From Limisphaerales bacterium (GTDB taxonomy: Bacteria; Verrucomicrobiota; Verrucomicrobiia; Limisphaerales; JBBRWD01), in the NCBI GenBank assembly GCA_038249465.1, contig JBBRWD010000007.1:17308-81307 (forward strand): a stretch of DNA of 64,000 bases, given 5' to 3'. Made by a program: the position numbers and the translations under genes. Under the pieces are notes generated by a model, which did no database searches, was not told the origin of the DNA, and saw only the letters and a list, made by a program, of their open reading frames with translations. Positions 20,001 to 29,546 of the stretch are shown here, piece by piece; within the stretch, counting starts at the first letter, position 1, and each line of letters begins with the position of its first letter.

Positions 20001-20945
20001 ATGAAATCACTCGTCCAGCTCTTCGCAGCAGTTTCCTTCGTCACCGCTCCAGCCACTCTGGCGGCCGATGCCTCCAAGGCCGCGGCGTTGTCCGGTCCTG
20101 CGCAGTCACTTCGTGCCGAGCAGAAGGCGGATCGCGTGGTCGTCTCCGTGGCGGGCCAGCCTTTTACTGAGTACCTGTTCACCGACGCCGAGAAATATCC
20201 GTATTTCTTCCCGGTGATCGGGCCGCGCTCCGCCGAATCAGTGGCGGCGCGACGCCTGACCAATTTCCCGCATCATAGCTCGGTGTTCTTCGGCTGCGAT
20301 CGCGTCAACGGCGGCAATTACTGGCAGGAAGGACTGGAACGCGGGCGCATCATCGCGAAGAGCACGAAGCTGATTTCCGCCGAGGGGCCGCGCGTGGTGA
20401 TTGAGCAGGATTGCAGTTGGGAACGGCCCGGCGCCGAGGCGCCGTTCACCGACCACCGCGTCATCACCATCGCCGCGCCGTCGCCGGATTTGCGGTTCAT
20501 CGATTTCGACGTGACGCTCAAGCCGCGCAGCAAGGTGAAGATTGAAAAGACCAATCACTCGCTGTTCTCGGTGCGCGCCGCGCCCGACCTGACGCCGTCC
20601 GGCGGCGGCGAACTGGTGAACGCCAACGGCGAGCGAGGAGAGAAAGGCACCTTTGGCAAGAAAGCTGGTTGGGCAACCTTTCGTGGCCAGCGCCAAGGAC
20701 AGACCGAGGGCGTGGCGATTTTTGATTCGCCTCAGAATCGCTGGTCGCCGTCGCCATGGTTCACGCGCGATTACGGCTTCATGTCGCCGACGCCCATGTA
20801 CTGGCCCGAGAAGAACAGCATCGAACTCGCTCCCGGCGAGGATGTGCGCCTGCGCTACCGGGTGGTCGTGTACGGAGGCACGCTCGACGAAGCACAGCTC
20901 AAGGCGCTCTTCGAGCAGTGGGCCAGGGACGGCCAGGCGCCTTGA
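20001..20945 (+). CDS. Secreted DUF6807 ('PmoA-family') protein, paralog 2
   Basis: Signal peptide; 'KYPYFFP..GP', 'PHHSS.FF.CD.VNG.NYW', 'WFTRDYG'. Confidence 0.7.
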   Translation: MKSLVQLFAAVSFVTAPATLAADASKAAALSGPAQSLRAEQKADRVVVSVAGQPFTEYLFTDAEKYPYFFPVIGPRSAESVAARRLTNFPHHSSVFFGCDRVNGGNYWQEGLERGRIIAKSTKLISAEGPRVVIEQDCSWERPGAEAPFTDHRVITIAAPSPDLRFIDFDVTLKPRSKVKIEKTNHSLFSVRAAPDLTPSGGGELVNANGERGEKGTFGKKAGWATFRGQRQGQTEGVAIFDSPQNRWSPSPWFTRDYGFMSPTPMYWPEKNSIELAPGEDVRLRYRVVVYGGTLDEAQLKALFEQWARDGQAP

Positions 20946-20992
20946 GGAGAAACCCACGAAAGATGACCGACCTTCGCCGCCAGAAACTGCGG

Positions 20993-21070
20993 CGTAGCGG
21001 CGTCTCGGCAGAGCGCCGATCTCTCCGCGCGTTCTTTTAGATGGCGGCGCTCTGCCGAGACGCCGCTACG
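20993..21070. repeat. REP doublet family A (CGTAGCGGCGTCTCGGCAGAGCGCC...GGCGCTCTGCCGAGACGCCGCTACG)
   Basis: Long-stem hairpin with GTAG end motif; further copies at 36112, 39504 and 48148. Confidence 0.85.
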
Positions 21071-21199
21071 GGGAATCGGCTTCAGTTGACAGAAGTCAAT
21101 TGCACCCCGCGGAAGTTTCCTTTAATCCCATCGTGTCACCCGGGCCTAGTGCGCGCCGGGTTTGTTGTAGTTTAAACCCGAAATCCACCCGCAACATTT

Positions 21200-22504
21200 A
21201 TGAGCCAGCCAATGCGCTTCACGCTGTCCCAGGCGGACATGCCGAAACAATGGTACAACCTCAACGCCGATTTCCCGGAACCGCTCCCGCCGCCGCTCCA
21301 TCCCGGCACGCGTCAGCCGGTCACGCCGGAGATGATGACGGCCATTTTCCCCGAGAATCTTGTCCAGCAGGAGATGTGTCAGGACCGGTGGATCGAGATT
21401 CCCGAGCCGGTGCAGGATGTTTACACCCTGTGGCGTCCGACGCCGCTGCTACGAGCCGTTCGACTGGAGAAGGCGCTCCAGACGCCCGCGCACATTTACT
21501 ACAAGTACGAGGGCGGCAGCCCGGCCGGCAGCCACAAACCCAACACGGCCGTGCCGCAGGCCTACTACAACAAGCTGGCCGGCACCAAACGGCTCGCCAC
21601 CGAGACGGGCGCCGGCCAATGGGGATCGTCGCTCGCGCTGGCTTGCCGGCTCTTCGGCATGGAATGCACGGTGTACATGGTCAAGGTGAGTTTCATCCAG
21701 AAGCCTTACCGCAAGCTGATGATGGAAACATGGGGGGCGAATGTCTTCGCCAGCCCGAGCCAGAACACCGAGTTCGGTCGCAAATTGCTCGCGCAGGATC
21801 CGGATTGCGCCGGCAGCCTGGGCATCGCCATCAGTGAGGCGGTCGAGGATACGGTCAAAACACCTCACACGAAATACGCGCTGGGCAGCGTGCTCAATCA
21901 CGTCTGCATGCACCAGAGCATCATCGGCCAGGAAGCCATCAAGCAGATGGAACTCGCGGGTGAGGATCCGGACGTGGTCATCGGCTGCGTGGGCGGCGGC
22001 AGCAACTTCGCCGGCATCGCCTTTCCGTTCATCCACCGCAAAATCACCGAAAAGAAGAACTACCAGATCGTCGCTGTCGAACCGGCCTCGTGCGCGTCGA
22101 TCACCAAAGGCGAGTTGAAATACGACTTCGGCGACACCGCGGAGATGACGCCGCTGGTGATGATGCACACGCTCGGGCACAACTTCATGCCGCCGAGCAT
22201 CCACGCGGGCGGCCTGCGTTATCACGGCATGGCCCCGATGGTCAGTCACGCGGTCAAGCTCGGTCTCGCCAGCGCGATTTCGGTGCCGCAGACCAAGGTC
22301 TTCGAGTCGGCGGTGCTCTTCGCCCGCACCGAGGGCATCGTGCCGGCTCCCGAACCGTCCCACGCGATTGCCGCCGTCATCGACGAGGCGATTCGCTGCC
22401 GCGAAGAAGGGAAGAAGAAGGTCATCCTCTTCAACCTGTGCGGCCACGGCATGCTCGACCTGCCGTCCTACGAAAGTTACCTGAGCGGCAAGCTCAAGGA
22501 TTGA
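21200..22504 (+). CDS. trpB2: TrpB2-type PLP-dependent tryptophan synthase beta chain
   Basis: GSHKPNTA (PLP lysine), [27 protein letters not shown]. Confidence 0.92.
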   Translation: MSQPMRFTLSQADMPKQWYNLNADFPEPLPPPLHPGTRQPVTPEMMTAIFPENLVQQEMCQDRWIEIPEPVQDVYTLWRPTPLLRAVRLEKALQTPAHIYYKYEGGSPAGSHKPNTAVPQAYYNKLAGTKRLATETGAGQWGSSLALACRLFGMECTVYMVKVSFIQKPYRKLMMETWGANVFASPSQNTEFGRKLLAQDPDCAGSLGIAISEAVEDTVKTPHTKYALGSVLNHVCMHQSIIGQEAIKQMELAGEDPDVVIGCVGGGSNFAGIAFPFIHRKITEKKNYQIVAVEPASCASITKGELKYDFGDTAEMTPLVMMHTLGHNFMPPSIHAGGLRYHGMAPMVSHAVKLGLASAISVPQTKVFESAVLFARTEGIVPAPEPSHAIAAVIDEAIRCREEGKKKVILFNLCGHGMLDLPSYESYLSGKLKD

Positions 22505-22544
22505 CCCGCACCCTGCTGGCGCCAGAGCATTGGCGCAAATAACA

Positions 22545-22580
22545 GCGAAGCGGATCCAGGAGGATCCGCTTCGCGCTTTT
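22545..22580 (+). terminator. Hairpin terminator between convergent genes
   Basis: GCGAAGCGGATCC-AGGA-GGATCCGCTTCGC then GCTTTT. Confidence 0.6.
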
Positions 22581-22607
22581 CAGCAACAGCCACCGCGCCG
22601 TGGTCGC

Positions 22608-23051
22608 TCACTTCAAGTCCGGTCGGGGCGGCGGCAGGTTGAGAGGCGCCAGGCCTCCGGTTCCCGGGGCGATCGCGCCGGGGGTCAGAGGATAATACTG
22701 TCCGAGCAGCGGGCGGTAACGTTCGAGAACAGGCTGGAAGTCGCGGTTGGTTGCGGCGAACACGTGCAACTGCGCGATGAATTGACGGATGTTCGGCTCT
22801 CGCCCTTTTTGGAAGGCATTCTTCGCCAGCTCAAGCTGCGGCCGCAGTTCGCTCAGTTGCGCCCGGGCGATGCGTGCCTGATAGGCGAGGAAAAGTACCA
22901 CCGCGAGAAAGAGCGGCAGGGCCGCCGCGGCCAGCGCGAACAGCCAGACGCGCAAACGGCCGACCTGGAGACGGAGTTGAAGAAGCTCGGTCTGCACCGG
23001 GTCGGGTGCCGGCGTCTGGAGCAAGTCACCTTGAGAAGGGGTCGGATTCAT
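22608..23051 (-). CDS. Hypothetical single-TM protein
   Basis: Likely start MNPTPSQG; TM, then coiled segment, then 'NRDFQPVLERY' and a Pro-rich tail. Confidence 0.55.
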   Translation of the reverse strand: MNPTPSQGDLLQTPAPDPVQTELLQLRLQVGRLRVWLFALAAAALPLFLAVVLFLAYQARIARAQLSELRPQLELAKNAFQKGREPNIRQFIAQLHVFAATNRDFQPVLERYRPLLGQYYPLTPGAIAPGTGGLAPLNLPPPRPDLK

Positions 23052-23056
23052 GGCGA

Positions 23057-23356
23057 TCAGCGGGTGGAACGGACGGGCCCGGGGAGGGCTGCAGGCCCAG
23101 CCGGGGCGGCGGGTCTGGCCTTGAGGCTGTATTGCTGGAGGATGGGATCGATGGCCGCGTTGGTCCGGCTGTAATTGAGCGCACTGTTGGCCATGTCCTG
23201 GAGGAAGGTCATGGTGTTGTTCATCTGCGCCGATTGGACCCGGAGCCGTTCCAACTTGAGGACCGTGGTGAGGTAATAAATCACCAGGCCGATCGACAGC
23301 AGCGAGCCGAGGCAAAGTCCGGCCACCAGAAGGGCGCCGACGGGATTATTTTTCAT
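23057..23356 (-). CDS. Hypothetical single-TM protein, apparent paralog of the downstream ORF
   Basis: MKNNPVGALLVAG TM; 'NAAIDPILQQY' resembles 'NRDFQPVLERY'. Confidence 0.55.
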   Translation of the reverse strand: MKNNPVGALLVAGLCLGSLLSIGLVIYYLTTVLKLERLRVQSAQMNNTMTFLQDMANSALNYSRTNAAIDPILQQYSLKARPAAPAGPAALPGPVRSTR

Positions 23357-23541
23357 AGCGCGGACGGAATCTATCGTGGGGGAAGCCACCATGTCCAAGA
23401 TGATTTTTCCGGCGATGGGCCGCCCGGCGCATACCTTTCATGCCTGGAAAATGAGGCCCGAACACCCTGCGGCTGTTGGTTGCGCTGACCAGTCAGGGGC
23501 TGGCCAAGTGATGCTGGCGCCGGATCAAAAACGGTTTTTTT

Positions 23542-23757
23542 GTGGCGAAAGAAGAACCCATTGGCCTGACCGGCACAGGCACGCAGGTGTTGCCGGGCAC
23601 GATGTTTCGGGCAGCCCTGCCCAATGGCCACCAAGTCCTCGCTCATATCTCTGGCAGGATGCGCAAGAATTTCATCCGCATCCGCGTTGGCGAGAAGGTG
23701 CAGGTCGAAATCACTCCCTGCCATCTCAGCAAGGCCCGCATCGCCTTCCGCAACTGA
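23542..23757 (+). CDS. infA: Translation initiation factor IF-1 (divergent)
   Basis: GTG start; [27 protein letters not shown]. Confidence 0.85.
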   Translation: MAKEEPIGLTGTGTQVLPGTMFRAALPNGHQVLAHISGRMRKNFIRIRVGEKVQVEITPCHLSKARIAFRN

Positions 23758-23796
23758 CCCCGGGCGGCATTTCTGCGTTGCGCGCCATGCCGTGAC

Positions 23797-24201
23797 TCAG
23801 AGGTTCGGCGCCGGCACGACCATCTTGAATGGAGGAATCCGGGTGATGACTCGCCGCCCGCGCTCATCCAAGCCGAGGTAACTGCCGGCGGCCTCGGCGC
23901 GGTGGGTGTCGAGCAGGTGATAGCTGTTGTAGGTGAAATGCTCCCCCGGTTCGAGGCGCGGAGATTTCCCCACCACCCCATCGCCTTCCACCGCGGTGAT
24001 TTCGCCGCGCGCGTTGCGGACCACCCATTTGCGGCCCTTGATGGTCACCGTCACGTCGCTGTCGTTGTGGATGGTGATGAAATAAATGAAACAATGCGGC
24101 CGGTCGGGTGGCGTGGCGGCGTGAGGTTCATAGCGCACCTCGTCCACTGTGACGCGCAGGCCGGGGAGTTCGAGCAATTCAGGAGGGGATTCGTCGGGCA
24201 T
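23797..24201 (-). CDS. apaG: ApaG domain protein
   Basis: Y.ITIHN, R.W, VEGDGVVG..P.L.PGE.F.Y.S. Confidence 0.85.
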   Translation of the reverse strand: MPDESPPELLELPGLRVTVDEVRYEPHAATPPDRPHCFIYFITIHNDSDVTVTIKGRKWVVRNARGEITAVEGDGVVGKSPRLEPGEHFTYNSYHLLDTHRAEAAGSYLGLDERGRRVITRIPPFKMVVPAPNL

Positions 24202-24250
24202 GGTGGGGGTGGCAGCAAAGCCTGTGGTGGTATGAGAAACGTCTCGGTGC

Positions 24251-24526
24251 TCACAATGACGATGCGCCGCTGTCCGGCAACGCTCGTTTTCGGAAGGCGA
24301 AGCTCACGCCCCACAAGGCGCCCGCCGCCGCGAAACCGCCGGCGAGGAAATCCACGCCGGGCAGAAAATGGTTCTCCCACCGCATGCCATCGAGGCCGGT
24401 GACCTCGTCTTGGATCGGCACCGCCACGCGCGTTTTGGTCCAGCCCGTGTTCGGACCGCCGAAAAACCACAGGGCCAGCGTGACCACCGCCACCCCGAGC
24501 GCCACAAGTCTGAGTCCGGTTCGCAT
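24251..24526 (-). CDS. Small two-TM hypothetical protein
   Basis: Two hydrophobic segments around 'GWTKT......DEVTGL....WE..FLPGVDFL'. Confidence 0.55.
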   Translation of the reverse strand: MRTGLRLVALGVAVVTLALWFFGGPNTGWTKTRVAVPIQDEVTGLDGMRWENHFLPGVDFLAGGFAAAGALWGVSFAFRKRALPDSGASSL

Positions 24527-24731
24527 GGCGCAAGGCTACCCGCTTGTCGCGCCGCGGTAAAACGGCAATCTCGGCGGCGGTGGCCTCCCTTTCCAAATCC
24601 GGCAACTGCGGATTCCGCTGGATTTCAACACCCGAAAGAAAGAGCGCGGTTCCTCTTGAAGCCCCTTCCAGCGGCTGGTAGCTTCCCGCCCGCTTGTTAG
24701 AAACCTGAATCTGAAAATTGAAATTGCAAAC

Positions 24732-26552
24732 ATGAGTAATATGAACCCCCCGACGAATAACCAGGCCCTGTTGAACTGGGTCAAGGAGATGGCGGAACTC
24801 TGCCAGCCAGCGGCCATCCATTGGTGCGACGGCTCCGAGGCGGAAAACCAGCAGTTGTGCGACCTCATGGTCCAGGGCGGCACCTTTACCAAGCTCGACG
24901 AGAAGAAACGCCCGGGCTCCTACCTGGCGCGCTCGCATCCCAGTGACGTGGCCCGCGTGGAGGACCGCACTTTCATCTGCTTCAAGACGAAGGAAGAGGC
25001 CGGCCCCGCCAACAATTGGGCCGAACCGGTGGAGATGCGCCAGCGTCTGCGCGGCATTTTCAAAGGCTGCATGGCCGGCCGCACGATGTACGTCATCCCC
25101 TTCGTCATGGGGCCGCTCAATTCACCCATTGCCAAGGTCGGCATCGAAGTCACCGACTCGCCCTATGTCGTCGTCAACATGCGCATCATGACGCGCATGG
25201 GGAAGCAGGCGCTCGACAAACTCGGCGACACCGGGACGTTCATCCCCTGCCTGCACTCCGTCGGTGCTCCCCTCAAGCCCGGCCAGAAGGATGTCGCGTG
25301 GCCGTGCGAACCCGATCCGGGCAAGAAGTACATCGTCCATTTCCCTGAGGATTCCTCGATCTGGTCCTACGGTTCGGGCTACGGCGGCAACGCCCTGCTG
25401 GGCAAGAAATGTCTCGCGCTCCGCATTGCCTCGATCGTGGCGAAGAACGAAGGCTGGATGGCCGAGCACATGCTCATCCTCGCGTTGACCTCGCCTGCCG
25501 GGAAAACGCACTACGTCTGCGCCGCGTTCCCCAGCGCCTGCGGCAAGACCAACCTCGCCATGATGCTGCCCTCGCTGCCGGGGTGGACGGTTCGCACCCT
25601 TGGCGATGACATTGCGTGGATCCGCGTCGGCAAGGACGGCCATCTGTACGCGATGAATCCGGAAACCGGCTTCTTCGGCGTCGCACCGGGCACCTCGAAG
25701 CAATCGAACCCGAACGCGCTCGCATCCATCTCGCGCAACACCATTTTCACCAACGTGGTGCTCACGCCGGACAACGACGTCTGGTGGGAAGACATGGGCG
25801 TGCCGGCTCCGGCCAAAGGCATCGATTGGGAAGGCAACGAGTGGACGCCGGATTCTGGCAAGAAGGGCGCGCATCCGAATTCGCGCTTCACCGCCCCGGC
25901 GTCGCAATGCCCCGTGATCGATCCCAACTGGGAGAATCCCGAGGGCGTGCCCATCGCGGCGATTCTCTTCGGCGGACGCCGTCCCTCGACGATTCCGCTG
26001 GTCAACGAGGCCTTCGACTGGGAGCACGGCGTGTTCATGGGTTCGGCTTGCGGTTCGGAAACGACGATGGCCGCGCTTGGCAAGGCCGGCGTGCTCCGAC
26101 GTGATCCGTTCGCCATGCTGCCGTTCTGCGGCTACAACATGGGCGACTACTTCGCGCACTGGATCTCGATGGCCAAGCGCACTGATCGCAGCAAGCTGCC
26201 GAAGATTTTCTTCGTGAACTGGTTCCGGAAAAGCCCCGATGGCAAGTGGCTCTGGCCAGGCTTCGGCGAAAACAGCCGCGTGCTCAAGTGGGTGTGCGAG
26301 CGCGTCGAAGGCACCGGAAAATCGGTCGAAACCCCCATCGGCCACCTGCCGGCTCCGGGAGCGCTCGACCTGGCGGGCTTGAACATGACGGCGGAGAACG
26401 TCACCCAACTGCTCGAAGTCGATCTGGCCGGTTGGAAGGCCGAGATCGAGGACATCGCCGCCAACTACGCGAAGTTCGGCGACCGCCTGCCGGCGGCGCT
26501 CTCGGCCCAGCTCGAGCAACTGCGCGCGCGAATCACCAAAGCGGGCGCTTAA
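24732..26552 (+). CDS. pckG: Phosphoenolpyruvate carboxykinase (GTP)
   Basis: [39 protein letters not shown]. Confidence 0.97.
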   Translation: MSNMNPPTNNQALLNWVKEMAELCQPAAIHWCDGSEAENQQLCDLMVQGGTFTKLDEKKRPGSYLARSHPSDVARVEDRTFICFKTKEEAGPANNWAEPVEMRQRLRGIFKGCMAGRTMYVIPFVMGPLNSPIAKVGIEVTDSPYVVVNMRIMTRMGKQALDKLGDTGTFIPCLHSVGAPLKPGQKDVAWPCEPDPGKKYIVHFPEDSSIWSYGSGYGGNALLGKKCLALRIASIVAKNEGWMAEHMLILALTSPAGKTHYVCAAFPSACGKTNLAMMLPSLPGWTVRTLGDDIAWIRVGKDGHLYAMNPETGFFGVAPGTSKQSNPNALASISRNTIFTNVVLTPDNDVWWEDMGVPAPAKGIDWEGNEWTPDSGKKGAHPNSRFTAPASQCPVIDPNWENPEGVPIAAILFGGRRPSTIPLVNEAFDWEHGVFMGSACGSETTMAALGKAGVLRRDPFAMLPFCGYNMGDYFAHWISMAKRTDRSKLPKIFFVNWFRKSPDGKWLWPGFGENSRVLKWVCERVEGTGKSVETPIGHLPAPGALDLAGLNMTAENVTQLLEVDLAGWKAEIEDIAANYAKFGDRLPAALSAQLEQLRARITKAGA

Positions 26553-26613
26553 GCCAGCCCGTCATCCACCGGGAGCGCGGTCGAACGGCCCGCTCCGGAA
26601 ATAACTCACCTTC

Positions 26614-26639
26614 AAGACCGCGGGCAACCGCGGTCTTTT
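26614..26639 (+). terminator. Rho-independent terminator after pckG
   Basis: AAGACCGCGG-GCAA-CCGCGGTCTT-TT. Confidence 0.75.
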
Positions 26640-26688
26640 CGTTTGGGGGCAACGAGAAAATTACGAGACGACGGGCGGGCCTCGCACC

Positions 26689-28467
26689 TTATCCGGCGCG
26701 CCTTTCCTCCGGCTTGGGTCTCTGGCGGATCAGGTCAAACTGGCAGAGGCGCACTTCCGGTTTTCCGTGGCTGTCACGCACCAGCCTGTTGTCGGGATCG
26801 AAGGAAATCAGGAGATGGTCCGACTTGAGACGCAGATGCTCGTAGCCGAGGTGGCGCAGGCGTTGATGGGTGCTCTCCACCAGGCCGGCCATGACTTGAT
26901 CGGTGATGATGTCCTCACGACAGGCGTGTTCGGCATTGATGCCGCGGAAGAAGCGTCCGTCGCACTCGGCGAGCCATTCGTCCAAGCCGTTCCAGAATCC
27001 CCAGATGCTGATGTAATCGTGCTCCGGTGACAGCACCGGCTCACCCTCCGGGGTGAGAAGGTGGGCCATCGCCACATGCCGGCGGCGATCCACGTTGTCT
27101 CCCGGCGCTATCTTGTGGCCCGTCTTATAGATGGCGCGGGGATAAACGGTTTTGAAGCCGGCCCGGCTCAACGCAAAGGCGGCGGCAAATTCCTCGAACG
27201 GACTGTTGTAGCCGAAGCGAATGATGTCGTCCGAGCGCGGTTCGGTGGCGGCGACATTGGGGAGATCTCCGACGCGCGAAACCCGCCAGACGAGATTGAT
27301 GCTGTCTTTGGTGCGGGTGCGGAAGACCTGATTGTTGGTCGAGAGCGATTCCTTGAGGGTGCGCCGCCAGCGTTCCGGAAGGAAGTAGTTGAACAGATCG
27401 GGATCCGTGCCCGCGACCCAGAGATGCCCGCCGGTGCTCTCGGTGTGGCCGTGAATGTAGTCCACGCCGAGGATGTTCATCGCCTTGAGGTGCGCCGGCA
27501 GCGGGCGGGCCGAGGTGACCTCAAAGCGCTTCGCCATGTGCTGAAGGTAATGGCGGCGATGCGACCCGCGCACGGCCTGCTCGTGCTCGGGCGTGCGCAG
27601 CAGCAGTTCGTAATCGATCAGCGCATAGATCAATTCGCCGTGCGCGCCGCGCAGCAGCGTGCCGTCGGGCTTGGGACGCACGATGATGTGGGCCGGCTTC
27701 ATGTCGGCCACGCGATAGCCTTTCTGCTCCAGATCGTGAATGACGAGGCTGGTCGTCGCTCCGACTGCCCGAGTGCGCTCTTCCGCTTCGGCCTTCCATC
27801 GGCTGGCGGCCTCGGCCAAATCCACGCCTTTCACCCAGCCATACAGGAGCACGTATTGGCGGAGAATATCCAGCTCCACGCCGGGATGGCGGGCAATCTT
27901 GTCGGCGATGCGGCGTTCGGAGCGGCCGGTCTGCCAAAGCTGGAGGCGCTCCGAAGGAACATAGATGGCCAGCGGTTTCTGTGTGCGCATCTGGAGGGTC
28001 TCAGGCCCGTGATGGCCATCGCGCAATTCCATCAACAGCGAGAACTCCTCGAACGGGCTGTTGAATTCGGCGTGGATGAAGCGGTTGATGCTGTGCGTGT
28101 CCATGGCCACGTCTTCGCCCACGCGCGACCATTTAACCACCAGCTGGACGTTGCGGTTGCGGAGCCGCCGGGTGGGCACGTGATAGACAACGCTGGTGCC
28201 GAGCAATCGCTTGCGCTTGACGTCGAACCAGCCCTTGGCAAACCAGTTCTGCGGCAGGAGATGCTCCCAGAAGGGGATGCCATATTTCGTCAGATACAGG
28301 TCACCGCCGTCGCTCGTCTTGAGGTGCAGGTAACGAACATCCAGCAACTCGACAGACATGGCCTTGTCTGGAAGACCGGGAATCCCTGCGGCCAAGGGGT
28401 CGTCCTCCATGGAACGATGGCCGGAGTACGGCCCCGATGGAGCAGAGATCGGCTGATCGGGTTTCAT
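26689..28467 (-). CDS. Internally duplicated atypical protein-kinase-like protein
   Basis: Both halves carry 'SRVG...NSPFEEF...P.AIY'; the first half also has VVK, DMKPAH and IDYE. Confidence 0.6.
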   Translation of the reverse strand: MKPDQPISAPSGPYSGHRSMEDDPLAAGIPGLPDKAMSVELLDVRYLHLKTSDGGDLYLTKYGIPFWEHLLPQNWFAKGWFDVKRKRLLGTSVVYHVPTRRLRNRNVQLVVKWSRVGEDVAMDTHSINRFIHAEFNSPFEEFSLLMELRDGHHGPETLQMRTQKPLAIYVPSERLQLWQTGRSERRIADKIARHPGVELDILRQYVLLYGWVKGVDLAEAASRWKAEAEERTRAVGATTSLVIHDLEQKGYRVADMKPAHIIVRPKPDGTLLRGAHGELIYALIDYELLLRTPEHEQAVRGSHRRHYLQHMAKRFEVTSARPLPAHLKAMNILGVDYIHGHTESTGGHLWVAGTDPDLFNYFLPERWRRTLKESLSTNNQVFRTRTKDSINLVWRVSRVGDLPNVAATEPRSDDIIRFGYNSPFEEFAAAFALSRAGFKTVYPRAIYKTGHKIAPGDNVDRRRHVAMAHLLTPEGEPVLSPEHDYISIWGFWNGLDEWLAECDGRFFRGINAEHACREDIITDQVMAGLVESTHQRLRHLGYEHLRLKSDHLLISFDPDNRLVRDSHGKPEVRLCQFDLIRQRPKPEERRAG

Positions 28468-28635
28468 AAGGTAAATCTGCCAAGCCTGCGGCCCCCGGCA
28501 AGCGGTGAAATCAACCTTCTGCGAGGCCAACTTTCCTCCGTGACGAGCGCCCCGCGTTCTGCTTAGTTGTCGGGCTTTCCCAGGGAGTTGTCCCGGGTGT
28601 CGGGAGTTACCCGGGCCTTTCGGGGAATAACTTTT

Positions 28636-29529
28636 ATGAGAAATTTGTTGAGCATCGAGACTCTGTCAGCGGCGGACATGAAGATGATTCTGCACAACTC
28701 CACCGTGTTCAAGCGAGACCGCGCCTCCCATTCGCGTCCCCTTTCCGGCCAGACCTGGGCGCTCATGTTTTCCAAATCTTCCACGCGCACCCGGGTATCC
28801 TTCGAAGTCGGCATCCGCGAACTGGGCGGCCAGGTGATGTTCCTCAGCTCCGCCTCCATCCAGCTCGGCCGGGGCGAACCCATCAAGGACACCGCGCGCG
28901 TCATGGGCCGGATGGTCCACGGCGCGGTCATCCGCACCTTTGCTCAGTCCGATGTGGTCGAATTCGCCGAATACGCGCGCATCCCCACCATCAATGCGCT
29001 GACCGACGAGGAGCATCCCTGCCAGATTCTGGCGGACGTGTTCACCATCCAGGAAAAGCGCGGGCCGATCGAAGGCCAGATCGTGACCTTTGTGGGCGAT
29101 GGCGCCTGCAACGTGCCGGTGTCGTGGATCTTTGCCGCCGCGAAACTCGGCTTTGAACTTCGCATCGCGGCACCCCGGAATTACCAGCCGGCCCCCGAGA
29201 TCCTCGCCCGCGCCGGCGGAAAGGTCGTCGTCACCGATGATTTGCGCGCCGCCGCCAGCGGGGCGGACGTGCTCTACACCGACGTGTGGGTGTCGATGGG
29301 CAAGGAGGCGGAATCCGAGCAGCGACTCAAAGAACTCGCCGGCTACCAGATCAATGCCGCCGTGGTGAAGCTCGCCAAACCTGGCGCGCTCGTCATGCAC
29401 TGTCTGCCCGCCTATCGCGGCAAGGAGATCGACGAGGAAGCCTTCGAGTCAAACGCCCAGACCATTTTTGACCAGGCCGAAAACCGGCTGCATGTGCAGA
29501 AGGCGGTGCTCGATTGGTCGGTCTGTTGA
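28636..29529 (+). CDS. argF: Ornithine carbamoyltransferase
   Basis: KSSTRTR, HPCQ, DVWVSMG, HCLP. Confidence 0.95.
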   Translation: MRNLLSIETLSAADMKMILHNSTVFKRDRASHSRPLSGQTWALMFSKSSTRTRVSFEVGIRELGGQVMFLSSASIQLGRGEPIKDTARVMGRMVHGAVIRTFAQSDVVEFAEYARIPTINALTDEEHPCQILADVFTIQEKRGPIEGQIVTFVGDGACNVPVSWIFAAAKLGFELRIAAPRNYQPAPEILARAGGKVVVTDDLRAAASGADVLYTDVWVSMGKEAESEQRLKELAGYQINAAVVKLAKPGALVMHCLPAYRGKEIDEEAFESNAQTIFDQAENRLHVQKAVLDWSVC

Positions 29530-29546
29530 ACGGTGCCTCGTCGTCG

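Noticed and set aside
18611-20945. 'PmoA family' label as evidence of methanotrophy
   Set aside because: These are soluble secreted proteins with no pmoCAB context; the family name is misleading.
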